From: Rhodospirillales bacterium
GTDB lineage: Bacteria; Pseudomonadota; Alphaproteobacteria; QKFK01; SZUA-500
DNA: 54,941 nucleotides
Direction of reading: 5' to 3'
NCBI GenBank assembly: GCA_003252195.1
Contig: QKFK01000141.1
Location: forward strand, 1-54,941
Position numbers and translations under genes: made by a program
In this document: positions 28,629 through 38,999 of the stretch, one piece after another
Layout of the letters: each line of letters starts with the position of its first letter
How positions within the stretch are numbered: the first letter of the stretch is position 1
Notes under the pieces: generated by a model
Database searches by the model: none
Told to the model about the DNA's origin: nothing
The model's input: the letters and a program-made list of their open reading frames with translations, nothing else

Positions 28629-31217
28629 ATGAACAAACAACAACTTGCTAACAAAATCTGGGCTTCTGCCAATAAAATGCGTTCTAAAATAGAGGCAAAT
28701 GAATATAAAGACTATATATTAGGTTTTATTTTTTATAAATATCTTTCTGAGAAGCAAGAAAATTTCTTAAAAGCGGAGGGCTATCAAACAAGTGATGTTA
28801 AGCAACTTAGTGAAGATAAAACACAAGAAGTTGATTATATCAAAAACAACATTGGCTATTTTATGGCTTATAACAACCTTTTCTCGACTTGGTTAAACAA
28901 GGGCTCTGACTTTAATGTGTCTAATGTTAGTGACGCTTTATCAGCTTTTTCAAGAAATATTAGCATAAATCATAAAAAGGTATTTGATGGTATTTTTAAG
29001 ACTTTAGAAACAGGGCTTAGTAAGTTAGGCGATACATCTGGAGCAAGAACCAAAGCAATTAGCGGATTGCTGGATTTAATTAAAGACATTCCCATGAATG
29101 GCAAACAAGATTATGATGTACTTGGATTTATATATGAATACCTTATTTCTCAGTTTGCGGCAAATGCAGGCAAAAAGGCTGGTGAGTTTTATACACCACA
29201 TGAAATTTCTGTTTTAATGTCAGATATAATTGCTGACCACTTAAAAGACAAGCAAGAAATTCAAATCTATGATCCAACTAGTGGTTCGGGCTCTTTATTG
29301 ATAAATATTGGTCAAAGTGTTGCTAAACATATGGCTGATAAAGATAAGATTAAATATTACGCCCAAGAGTTAAAAGGAAACACTTATAATCTTACTCGTA
29401 TGAATTTAATTATGCGTGGTATACTTCCAGATAATATTATTACTCGTAACGCTGATACACTAGAAGATGATTGGCCATATTTTGATGATAATGACCCAAC
29501 ATCTACTTATAATTTATTATCTGTTAATGCTGTTGTTTCTAACCCTCCATATTCTCAAAATTGGGAACCTAAAGATAAAGACAATGACCCAAGATACTCA
29601 GGCTTTGGACTTGCCCCTAAAACAAAAGCAGATTATGCCTTTTTGCTTCATGATTTGTATCATTTAAAGCATGATGGCATTATGACCATTGTTTTGCCAC
29701 ATGGTGTGTTGTTTAGAGGTGGGTCTGAAGGAGAAATCCGTAAGAATTTGATAGAAAAAGATCATATTGAAGCGGTTATTGGCTTGCCTGCCAATATTTT
29801 CTTTGGTACAGGTATTCCAACGATTATTTTAGTGCTAAAAAGAACAAGAGCAACTTCAGATGTTTTATTTGTTGATGCATCAAAAGGATTTGTAAAAGTT
29901 GGCAAAAATAACCAACTAAGAGCATCAGACATTAAAAAGATTGTCGACACTGTTATAAACAAAGAAAACACTGATAAATACTCAAGATTGGTGGCAAAAG
30001 AAGAAATTAAACAAAACGAATATAACTTAAATATTCCTCGCTATATTGACTCATCAGAACCAAGTGAGAGCTTTGATATTTATGCCACAATGTTTGGAGG
30101 TATTCCGCAGCATGAAGTTGATGAATTAAACTCATATTGGCAAGCATTTCCAACCCTGCAGTCAGATTTATTCACAAAAGAAGAAAATGGATATAATAAA
30201 GTAAAGAATGAAGATATAAAACAAACTCTGAACGACAATGAAGATGTTCAGAGTTTTATAAGTAGTTTTAAAAATTCATTTGCAGATTTTTCTGAGTTTT
30301 TAAAACAAGAATTATTGACTGATATAGCTGATATTAATATATCCAATAAAAAAATAGTTTTAACACAAGATATTTTCTCTCGTTTACAAGACTTGCCATT
30401 GATTGATAAATATCATGCTTATCAGTTTTTAGATGATAATTGGCAACAAATTAAAACTGATTTTGAAATTATTCAAACAGAAGGCTTTGAAGCAACAAAA
30501 ATTGTTGATGCCAATATGGTTACAAAAAACAAAGATGGAAAAGAAATAGAAGTCCAAGATGGCTGGATTGGTCGAATTATTCCATTTGAAGTAGTTCAAA
30601 ATTATATTTTAAAAGACGAAGCTGATGCCCTTAAAGATAAAGAGAACAGATTATTAGAAATAACATCAGAGTTTGACGCAATTTTAAGTGAATTATCAGA
30701 AGAAGACAAAGAGGCAGAAACAGTAAACGAAGATAAAACAAGTTTTATTAATAAAGAGGTTGTTAAAGAGGCGAAACGCATAAAAGCAGAAATAAAACAA
30801 GGCGAAGTTTTTGATGCAGATAGTTATGAGCAAAATATTTTACAAGTTGATAAGTTGATAACAAAAGAAAAAGCCCTTAAAAAACAAGTTAAAGATGAAA
30901 CTACAGCACTTATTTTAAAGACAAAAGCAACTATTGAAAACCTATCAGATGAGAGAGCATTAGAGTTATTAGAGAAAAAATGGATAATGCCATTAATTGC
31001 AGATTTATATGCCTTACCGATAAATGTTGTAAATGATTTGACTTATAGGGTTAAAATTTTAGCAGAAAAATATGCCACAACACTTGTGGATGTAGAAGAA
31101 GATATTGCAAGCACCTCAACAACTATTTGCTCAATGATTGATGATCTGGTTGGCAATGACTTTGATATGCAAGGCTTAGCAGAGTTTAAGAAATTGTTGG
31201 GTGGTTATGATGAGTAA
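28629..31217 (+). CDS. hsdM: Type I R-M methyltransferase subunit HsdM with ~350-aa coiled-coil C-terminal extension
   Basis: N-terminal LANKIWASANKMRSKIEANEYKDYILGFIFYKYLS, then DPTSGSGSLL (motif I) and VVSNPPYSQNW (NPPY). Confidence 0.9.
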   Translation: MNKQQLANKIWASANKMRSKIEANEYKDYILGFIFYKYLSEKQENFLKAEGYQTSDVKQLSEDKTQEVDYIKNNIGYFMAYNNLFSTWLNKGSDFNVSNVSDALSAFSRNISINHKKVFDGIFKTLETGLSKLGDTSGARTKAISGLLDLIKDIPMNGKQDYDVLGFIYEYLISQFAANAGKKAGEFYTPHEISVLMSDIIADHLKDKQEIQIYDPTSGSGSLLINIGQSVAKHMADKDKIKYYAQELKGNTYNLTRMNLIMRGILPDNIITRNADTLEDDWPYFDDNDPTSTYNLLSVNAVVSNPPYSQNWEPKDKDNDPRYSGFGLAPKTKADYAFLLHDLYHLKHDGIMTIVLPHGVLFRGGSEGEIRKNLIEKDHIEAVIGLPANIFFGTGIPTIILVLKRTRATSDVLFVDASKGFVKVGKNNQLRASDIKKIVDTVINKENTDKYSRLVAKEEIKQNEYNLNIPRYIDSSEPSESFDIYATMFGGIPQHEVDELNSYWQAFPTLQSDLFTKEENGYNKVKNEDIKQTLNDNEDVQSFISSFKNSFADFSEFLKQELLTDIADINISNKKIVLTQDIFSRLQDLPLIDKYHAYQFLDDNWQQIKTDFEIIQTEGFEATKIVDANMVTKNKDGKEIEVQDGWIGRIIPFEVVQNYILKDEADALKDKENRLLEITSEFDAILSELSEEDKEAETVNEDKTSFINKEVVKEAKRIKAEIKQGEVFDADSYEQNILQVDKLITKEKALKKQVKDETTALILKTKATIENLSDERALELLEKKWIMPLIADLYALPINVVNDLTYRVKILAEKYATTLVDVEEDIASTSTTICSMIDDLVGNDFDMQGLAEFKKLLGGYDE

Positions 31218-32397
31218 TGTAACATGGATAAACATCCCTGATCTGAGGTTTAATGGCTTTAGTGATGAGTGGGAAGAAAAAGAATTGGAAGCTCTTGCCA
31301 ATAAATTTGATAATGAAAGAGTTCCTATATCTGCAAGAAATAGAACAAGCGGAAACACCCCTTACTATGGGGCGAATGGTATTCAGGATTATGTTGAAGG
31401 TTATACGCATAAGGGGGAATATGTTCTTGTAGCAGAAGATGGAGCTAATGATATTAAAAATTATCCTGTGCAGTATATTAACGGAAAAGCCTGGATAAAC
31501 AATCATGCTCATGTTTTACAAGGAAAGAAAGAAGTATTAAAAACACTTTTTTTAAAATATCTTTTTTCTCAAACAAATATTGAGCCATTTTTAGTAGGTG
31601 GTGGTAGAGCAAAATTAAATGCATCCGTTATGATGAAAATTAACTTTGTTTATCCTCAAAACATAAACGAACAAACAAAAATTGGCAACCTATTCAAAAA
31701 TATTGATGAGTTGATTACCAATCAAGATAAAAAAATAAAAAAGCTTGAAAATATCAAAAAAGCTCTGCTTGAAAAAATGTTCCCTCAAAATGGAGCAACT
31801 ACCCCAAAATTAAGATTCAAAGTGTTTAATGATGACTGGGAAGAGTGTAAACTGAGAGATATTGCTGATATTATTGGAGGTGGTACGCCTAACACTAGTG
31901 TTTCAGAGTATTGGAATGGATCTATAGATTGGTATGCTCCTGCTGAAATTGAAGGACAAAGATATGCTATCTCGAGTAAAAAGAAAATAACAGAATTAGG
32001 CTTTCAAAAAAGTTCTACAACAATGCTTCCAGCTAAAAAAACATTACTCTTTACTAGTCGTGCAGGAATTGGAAAAATGGCTATATTGCTAAATCCAGCA
32101 ACAACGAATCAAGGATTTCAATCTCTTGTTTTAAAAGACGGATACAATTCATATTTTATTTATTCTCTTAGTAGTGATATTAAAAAGAAAGCTGAGAGTA
32201 TCGCTTCTGGCTCAACATTTCTTGAAATATCAGGAAAGATGCTTGGCAGTCTTGTAATACAAGTAGTATGTGAAAACGAACAAACAAAAATCGGCAACCT
32301 ATTTAAAAATATTGACGATCTCATCGCTCAACAAAATCAAAAATTGGAAAAATTAAAAAACATCAAAACCGCCCTGCTTGGCAAAATGTTTGTATAA
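31201..32397 (+). CDS. hsdS: Type I R-M specificity subunit HsdS (two TRDs)
   Basis: PDLRFNGFSDEW start region. The conserved spacer is duplicated as NEQTKIGNLFKNID(E/D)LI...L(E/G)KMF at mid-gene and at the C-terminus. The true start is probably ATG 31207/31210. Confidence 0.9.
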   Translation: MVMMSNVTWINIPDLRFNGFSDEWEEKELEALANKFDNERVPISARNRTSGNTPYYGANGIQDYVEGYTHKGEYVLVAEDGANDIKNYPVQYINGKAWINNHAHVLQGKKEVLKTLFLKYLFSQTNIEPFLVGGGRAKLNASVMMKINFVYPQNINEQTKIGNLFKNIDELITNQDKKIKKLENIKKALLEKMFPQNGATTPKLRFKVFNDDWEECKLRDIADIIGGGTPNTSVSEYWNGSIDWYAPAEIEGQRYAISSKKKITELGFQKSSTTMLPAKKTLLFTSRAGIGKMAILLNPATTNQGFQSLVLKDGYNSYFIYSLSSDIKKKAESIASGSTFLEISGKMLGSLVIQVVCENEQTKIGNLFKNIDDLIAQQNQKLEKLKNIKTALLGKMFV

Positions 32398-32409
32398 AAG
32401 GAGATTATA

Positions 32410-35400
32410 ATGACATTTAATACAGAAAAAGAATTTGAAAATGCATTTATAGCTCTCCTTACAACAAAAGGCTGGGAATCTGAGGTTATTTATAATCCAA
32501 CAGAAGAACAACTAATTCAAAATTGGGCAGATATCCTTTTTAATAATAACAAAGAAATTGATAGATTAAATAATCAAGCTCTAACTGATGGTGAGATGGC
32601 TCAAATTGTTGAACAAATAACGGCTTTAAAAACTCCTCTAGCCCTCAATGGCTTTATCAATGGCAAAACTGTTACAATAAAAAGAGATAATCCAAATGAC
32701 ACCTTGCACTTTGGCAAAGAAGTTAGCTTAAAAATATATGACCGTCACGAAATTGCTGCAGGGCAAAGTCGTTATCAAATTGTTAGCCAACCACAATTCA
32801 AACGACAATCACCTCTTGCTCATGACCGCAGAGGTGATGTTATGCTACTGATTAATGGAATGCCAGTTATTCACATAGAGCTGAAAAAAAGTGGTGTTCA
32901 TGTTAGTCAAGCTTACAATCAAATAGAAAAATACTCATCAGAAAGTATTTTTACTGGCTTATTTTCTCTTATTCAAATTTTTGTAGCAATGAATCCTGAA
33001 GAAACTCTTTATTTTGCCAATCCAGGACAAAATGGTATATTCAACAAGGATTATTATTTCCATTGGGCAGATTTCAATAATGAGCCAATAAATGAATGGG
33101 GAAAAGTTACAGTTTCACTCTTATCAATTCCGATGGCACATCAATTAATAGGTTTTTATACCGTTGCTGATAACGGCGATGGACTATTAAAAGTTATGCG
33201 TTCTTATCAATATTATGCTGCTAATTCAATTTCTGACAAGGTTGCAAAAATAGATTGGAAAGCAAAAAATATTTATGGCGGTTATATTTGGCACACCACA
33301 GGAAGTGGTAAAACAATGACTAGTTTTAAGTCAGCTCAGCTTATTGCTAGCTCAAAAGATGCTGATAAAGTTATCTTTTTAATGGATAGGATAGAACTTG
33401 GCACTCAGTCATTAAAAGAGTATCGTGGCTTTGCAAATGATAATGAAACTGTTCAAGCAACAGAAAATACAATCATTTTAATCAATAAATTAAAAAGTGG
33501 TTCACCCCAAGATACTTTGATTGTAACCTCTATTCATAAAATGAGCAACATTCAAGAAGATGGTCTAAACACAAAAGATATTGCAAAAATGAACTTAAAA
33601 AGAATAGTGTTTATTGTGGATGAGGCTCATCGTTCCACCTTTGGAGATATGTTAATTAATATTAAAGATACGTTCCCAAATGCAATATTTTTTGGCTTTA
33701 CTGGCACCCCAATTCAAGATGAAAATGCAAAAAAAGATCATACTACTGCAACGGTCTTTGGAGACGAGCTTCATAAATATACAATTGCCGATGGCTTGCG
33801 TGATAAAAATGTGTTAGGTTTTGACCCTGATAAAATTCTTACATACAAAGATAAAGACCTAAGAAAAGAAATTGCTTTGCTAAAATCCAAAGCGAAGACA
33901 GAAGTTGAAGCTCTTGCCAATCCTCAAAAAGCCGCAATTTATCAAAAATATATGGATAGTAATCAAATTAAAATGTATGGCTATCAAACAGATAAAGGGG
34001 AATATATAAAAGGTATTGAAGATTACGTTCCCACAGCTCAATATGAAAGAGAAGAACATCAAAATATAGTTGTAACAGATATCTTAGATAACTTTTTAAG
34101 ATTAAGCCGTAATAAAAAATTTCATGCCATTTTTGCAACATCTAGCATCAAAGAAGCAATAGAATATTATCGCCTTATAAAACAGAAACAACCAGATTTA
34201 AAAACAACAGCTCTTTTTGATCCTAATGAAAATAACGAAAGACCATCAAAATTTAAAACAGATGGGATTATTGAAATATTAAGCGATTATAACAATAGAT
34301 TTAATCAAAGGTTTGAGCTTGCAACTCATGGAAAATTTAAAAAAGATATTTCATTGCGTATGGCTCATAAAGAATACTACAAAAACATAGATCCAGATAA
34401 GCAGTTAGACTTATTGATTGTCGTTGACCAAATGCTAACAGGCTTTGATTCTAAATGGGTAAATACTTTATATCTTGATAAGAAGTTAGAAAATGAAGGA
34501 CTTATTCAAGCATTTTCTAGAACCAACCGCCTATTCAATCAACATGAAAAACCTTTTGGAATAATTAGATATTATAGATACCCACATACAATGGAGCAAA
34601 ATATTCAAAAAGCCCTAAAACTATACTCTGGAGATAAGCCATTAGCACTATTTGTTGATAAGCTAGAACAAAACCTTATAAAAATGAATGAAGTTTATAA
34701 TGAGATTTTTAACCTATTTGAATGTGCTAAAATACAAAACTTTGAAAAATTGCCCGATGATAATTCAGAACGAGCAAAATTTGCAAAACTATTCAAGCAA
34801 TTTTGTAATCATCTGGAAGCTGCCAAAATTCAAACATTTGTTTGGGAAAAGCTAGAATATAAATTCTCAAAAAGAGTTATTAAGCTCAATCTTGATGAAG
34901 CAACTTATTTAACTCTTCTACAACGTTATAAAGAACTATCAAAAGATACTGGTGGCGGTCAATACAATGATGTTGCTTTTGATATTGATGGTTATTTAAC
35001 AGAAATTGATACAGATACAATTGATTTTGATTATATGAACTCTCGTTTTGATAAATATCTTAAAAATTTATCATCTGCTGATAAAGATGAAATAAAATCA
35101 GAATTACATAAATCTTTTGCTATTTTATCACAAGAAGATCAAAAATATGCAAATATCTTTTTACATGACATCGAGTGTGGTAATATTGTTTTAGAAAATA
35201 GCAAAACCTTGAAAGACTATATTACCCAATATAAATACACTGCCGAAGAAAAAAGGATTGATAAGATTGTAGATGCTTTAGGCGTTGATAAAACTTTATT
35301 AAAAGCAATGCTAAACACAGGTATTACAAAAGCAAATATCAATGAATACGGCAGGTTTAATAATTTAAGAGAAAGTGTTGATAAAAACAAAGCAAGAGAA

Positions 35401-35505
35401 TATTTTAATCAGCGAGATAATGAGAACCTACCAGTTTTTAAATTAAACATAGCAATAGATAATATTTTAAGAGACTTCATTTTAAGCAATGGAGATTTTT
35501 CATGA
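32410..35505 (+). CDS. hsdR: Type I R-M restriction subunit HsdR
   Basis: N-terminal nuclease GDVMLLINGMPVIHIELKK, then HTTGSGKTMTSF (motif I) and VDEAHRS (motif II). Confidence 0.9.
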   Translation: MTFNTEKEFENAFIALLTTKGWESEVIYNPTEEQLIQNWADILFNNNKEIDRLNNQALTDGEMAQIVEQITALKTPLALNGFINGKTVTIKRDNPNDTLHFGKEVSLKIYDRHEIAAGQSRYQIVSQPQFKRQSPLAHDRRGDVMLLINGMPVIHIELKKSGVHVSQAYNQIEKYSSESIFTGLFSLIQIFVAMNPEETLYFANPGQNGIFNKDYYFHWADFNNEPINEWGKVTVSLLSIPMAHQLIGFYTVADNGDGLLKVMRSYQYYAANSISDKVAKIDWKAKNIYGGYIWHTTGSGKTMTSFKSAQLIASSKDADKVIFLMDRIELGTQSLKEYRGFANDNETVQATENTIILINKLKSGSPQDTLIVTSIHKMSNIQEDGLNTKDIAKMNLKRIVFIVDEAHRSTFGDMLINIKDTFPNAIFFGFTGTPIQDENAKKDHTTATVFGDELHKYTIADGLRDKNVLGFDPDKILTYKDKDLRKEIALLKSKAKTEVEALANPQKAAIYQKYMDSNQIKMYGYQTDKGEYIKGIEDYVPTAQYEREEHQNIVVTDILDNFLRLSRNKKFHAIFATSSIKEAIEYYRLIKQKQPDLKTTALFDPNENNERPSKFKTDGIIEILSDYNNRFNQRFELATHGKFKKDISLRMAHKEYYKNIDPDKQLDLLIVVDQMLTGFDSKWVNTLYLDKKLENEGLIQAFSRTNRLFNQHEKPFGIIRYYRYPHTMEQNIQKALKLYSGDKPLALFVDKLEQNLIKMNEVYNEIFNLFECAKIQNFEKLPDDNSERAKFAKLFKQFCNHLEAAKIQTFVWEKLEYKFSKRVIKLNLDEATYLTLLQRYKELSKDTGGGQYNDVAFDIDGYLTEIDTDTIDFDYMNSRFDKYLKNLSSADKDEIKSELHKSFAILSQEDQKYANIFLHDIECGNIVLENSKTLKDYITQYKYTAEEKRIDKIVDALGVDKTLLKAMLNTGITKANINEYGRFNNLRESVDKNKAREYFNQRDNENLPVFKLNIAIDNILRDFILSNGDFS

Positions 35506-35580
35506 CAACATATACAACGAAAATGCTATAACGAATGATACTTTCAATGATTTAATTTTAGAGTAAAAAAAGGTAACTGT

Positions 35581-35711
35581 ACGGCATCGGAACAAGTGGG
35601 ACAAACTAGGATGTATTGTTAAGGTGTAGTTTTTGGTTTATCGTAGTGACTGGAAGGAACGAAGATGAACAAAAAACTACATAAGAGCGAGCGTAAAGCG
35701 ATAGCTAACAG
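35581..35711. repeat. Right arm of the ~130-bp inverted repeat
   Basis: Reverse complement of 26282-26411 (~88% identity). Confidence 0.9.
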
Positions 35712-35958
35712 ACTCATTAGGCGAAATATTTTTGACCAATTCTGAAAGATTTTTTCGATTTGCGCAATGTTCATATTTTAATCTTCCTTCTGGTTTTGGG
35801 CTTTTTCTATCCTCTAATGTTATGAAGATAGAAAATAATTGAAATTGAATAAAAAGACAAGTAGATTGAATAAGTTTTGAAAGCTATGCCTTACAAAATA
35901 TTTTAAGGTATCTTAATTGTGTTGGATCATGCAATAATATAAAACATTGAGAGTAAAC

Positions 35959-38178
35959 ATGCCTGACAAAATAAAGTTAAATCTAGAAAACTGCTATGGC
36001 ATTGGAAAACTAGAAGAAGAGTTGGAATTCAAGCATAAAGGCTATGCGATTTACGCCCCTAACGGCGTAATGAAAACATCATTTGCGAAAACAATGATAG
36101 CGTTGTCTAAGGGCAACAATCCTGAAGATCTAGCTTTTCCAGAGCGCAACACGATTTGCGAAGTAACTTGGAATGATGTCTTTATAAAGAGCGAGGAAAT
36201 ATTTGTTGTCAAATCTTATGACGATAAGTATTCACCAGATGGTGTCTCAACTCTGTTGGCTAATGAAGCCTTAAAGGCTAAATATGAAACGATACACAAA
36301 GATATTGGTGAGGCTAAAAAAAGCTTAGATAAAAGACTACGACATCTAGCAGGTTATGGAGAAAAATCCAGAGAAAATTTAGATCCAATTCTGGAGCGTA
36401 TTTTCAAGCAGCAATACTATGATGCGTTGTTAAGTATAGAATCTGAAATTGATACACTTAAAAAAGAAGATTTTGGCGATGCTGATTATAAAATAATTTT
36501 CAATCAAAAAGTTATAGACTTACTAAAAGAAGACACATCCAAAGCCAATATTGACGACTTTGCTCAAAAATACGATGAGCTTACTGAAAGGTCACCTATT
36601 TTAAGAAAAGGTTTCCAGTACCATCATGTTAACCAAGTTCGTCAACAGTTGCAATCAAACAACTTTTTCGCTGCTGGTCACACTATTAATCTATGCGATA
36701 AAAATGATGGCAAGAAAGAAGAGCTTGCGACAGACTCTTCTTTGCTAAAACGAATTGAGGAAGAGAAACAGCGTGTTTTCAGTGATCCTGATTTAAAGAA
36801 AAAATTTGATACCTTTAACGCTAAGCTAAAAAATAAAGAGTTACAAGATTTCAGGGATTACATTACACAAAACCAACATATTTTACCAGAGTTACAAGAT
36901 CTTGAGGCTTTTGAAAGAAAGCTATGGCTACAGTATCTTTATAGATCAAAAGCAGAATATGAGTTACTAATAGAGAAGTATAAAAAAGGCCAGGTTGAAC
37001 TTGCTAAAATAATTTCTGAGGCCAAAGACAATAGGAATGATTGGGATAATGTTATCGATGATTTTAATCGCCGCTTTTTACACTTGCCTTTTCAGCTTTC
37101 GGTCGAAAATAAAGCGGACGTAATTCTAAAAGATACAGCCCCTTCGGTGGTATTCAATTTTATTGATGGTAAAGATCAACGCAAATACCCAGCCACCCAA
37201 AGAAATGACTTGTTAAATCTCCTTAGTACAGGGGAAGCTAGAGCATTGTATATTTTGAATATAATGTTTGAAGTACACACAAGATGGAATGCTCGTAAAA
37301 AGACGTTGTTTGTTTTTGATGATATTGCAGACTCATTTGATTATAAAAACAAATTTGCAATTATTGATTACCTTGATTACATCATTAAATCTGAAGATAC
37401 AAACTTCATAGCAATTGTTCTTACACATAACTTTGATTTTCTTCGCACTATTGAGAGTAGAGATATATGCCTAGCAAGCCAGTGTTATATGGCACTAAGA
37501 AATCAAGGTCAAATCACATTAACGCCATTCAAGAACCGATCAGATATCAGGAATCCATTCCATAAGTGGAAAAATAGGTTGAATGAAGCAGAAATTCAAA
37601 TTGCTTACATACCATTTCTAAGAAATGTGATTGAATATACGTGCGGAATAAAAGATGAACATGGGGCGGATAACGCAGACTATATAACCCTTACAAATAT
37701 GTTGCATTATAAAGATGAAACAGAAGATTTAAAAATCCAAGATTATAAAAATATTTTTGAGAAATATTTTACAAATCTAACTTTCCCGCAGGTTAATTTA
37801 AGTAAAGATATTTTAGGCTATATAAAAGAAACGGCAGATAATTGCTTAAATCAACAGGATGGAATAAATCTTGAACATAAGATTGTTCTATCGATAGCAA
37901 TTCGTATTTTGGCCGAAAAATTTATGATTGAAAAGATTCGAGGTGTTGAACCAGATTATGATCCTGCACAAAAACAGATGGGTAAATTACTTCATGACTT
38001 TAAAAATAAGTTAAACAACCTGATTGATGATATTAGGCTTTTAAAGAGAATTAATCTAATTACCCCAGCAAATATCCACATTAATGCTTTTATGTATGAG
38101 CCTATTTTAGATATGGGTTTTGGTGAATTAAAGGATCTATACCAAGAAGTTAATGCACGGCAAGCATCCCAACCTTAG
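35959..38178 (+). CDS. ABC-type ATPase of the PrrC/RloC (AAA_13-like) kind with long helical insert and C-terminal R-x3-E...H segment
   Basis: Degenerate Walker A YAPNGVMKTSF, signature LSTGEARAL, Walker B LFVFDDIADSFD and LTHNFDF. C-terminal FLRNVIEY...NMLHY. The ATG at 35959 with a GAGAG RBS is preferred over TTG 35947. Confidence 0.6.
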   Translation: MPDKIKLNLENCYGIGKLEEELEFKHKGYAIYAPNGVMKTSFAKTMIALSKGNNPEDLAFPERNTICEVTWNDVFIKSEEIFVVKSYDDKYSPDGVSTLLANEALKAKYETIHKDIGEAKKSLDKRLRHLAGYGEKSRENLDPILERIFKQQYYDALLSIESEIDTLKKEDFGDADYKIIFNQKVIDLLKEDTSKANIDDFAQKYDELTERSPILRKGFQYHHVNQVRQQLQSNNFFAAGHTINLCDKNDGKKEELATDSSLLKRIEEEKQRVFSDPDLKKKFDTFNAKLKNKELQDFRDYITQNQHILPELQDLEAFERKLWLQYLYRSKAEYELLIEKYKKGQVELAKIISEAKDNRNDWDNVIDDFNRRFLHLPFQLSVENKADVILKDTAPSVVFNFIDGKDQRKYPATQRNDLLNLLSTGEARALYILNIMFEVHTRWNARKKTLFVFDDIADSFDYKNKFAIIDYLDYIIKSEDTNFIAIVLTHNFDFLRTIESRDICLASQCYMALRNQGQITLTPFKNRSDIRNPFHKWKNRLNEAEIQIAYIPFLRNVIEYTCGIKDEHGADNADYITLTNMLHYKDETEDLKIQDYKNIFEKYFTNLTFPQVNLSKDILGYIKETADNCLNQQDGINLEHKIVLSIAIRILAEKFMIEKIRGVEPDYDPAQKQMGKLLHDFKNKLNNLIDDIRLLKRINLITPANIHINAFMYEPILDMGFGELKDLYQEVNARQASQP

Positions 38179-38287
38179 GCCAATCAGTTCACTAACAAAA
38201 CATTCTTTTACTTAAGGAATCTTAATATATGTTTGCTACATATTATTAATGTATACAGAAAAATTAATCTGATTAAGAAAGAATAAT

Positions 38288-38986
38288 ATGAACAAAGAAC
38301 ATTTTAATAAATTTAGTGAATGTATAAATGATTCATTAAAAGAAGAGCAATGGGTTGGCAACAACATAAATAAATGGTGGAAGTGGGTTTCAGCTAAAAC
38401 AGAAACTCAACTACATTGTGACGCGTTACCAAACAATAGATTAACAAGAAAAGAACTAAAATCTTTATGCAGTAACAACAGTGGAGCATCAGATCTAGCT
38501 TGCTCTATTGCGATTATGGCTTGGGGTGGTCAAAATAGAAATCACGGCATAACTCTATTTAATAGATTTGATGAAATCAAGCCCATTATTAAGGATATGA
38601 GAAAAGGAAACATAAATCATATAGAAGCTTATAAGCAATTTTATAAAATATGGATTGCCGAAAAACCATTAGGCATGGGAGCCGCATATTTTTCCAAGCT
38701 AATATTCTTCTGTGAACCAAGCCACAAAGGCTACATAATGGACCAATGGACTTCAAAATCTATAAATATGCTTACAAATGAACCAATAGTCCATCTCATA
38801 TCTAATCATGTTAGCAACAAAAACACTGATATAACATACTCAACGTTCTGTAATACAGTAGATAATATTGCACAAACTCTAGGATATAAAGGCGAAGAAA
38901 TAGAAATTGCAATGTTTTCTAAAGGTGGACGCAACAAATGGCAATGGAGGGAGTATGTGTGTAATAACTACAACAAACAAACATAA
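38288..38986 (+). CDS. Hypothetical 232-aa protein (possibly a helix-hairpin-helix/OGG-fold-like protein; unverified)
   Basis: Segments IMAWGGQNRN and GMGAAYFSKLIFFCEP...YIMDQW recall glycosylase-fold proteins. Lies 110 nt downstream of the ATPase. Confidence 0.3.
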   Translation: MNKEHFNKFSECINDSLKEEQWVGNNINKWWKWVSAKTETQLHCDALPNNRLTRKELKSLCSNNSGASDLACSIAIMAWGGQNRNHGITLFNRFDEIKPIIKDMRKGNINHIEAYKQFYKIWIAEKPLGMGAAYFSKLIFFCEPSHKGYIMDQWTSKSINMLTNEPIVHLISNHVSNKNTDITYSTFCNTVDNIAQTLGYKGEEIEIAMFSKGGRNKWQWREYVCNNYNKQT

Positions 38987-38999
38987 TTGACTTTCGACC

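Noticed and set aside
31663-32397. Direct repeat inside hsdS (NEQTKIGNLFKNID... twice) as a novel repeat
   Set aside because: This is the normal duplicated conserved spacer region of two-TRD HsdS proteins.
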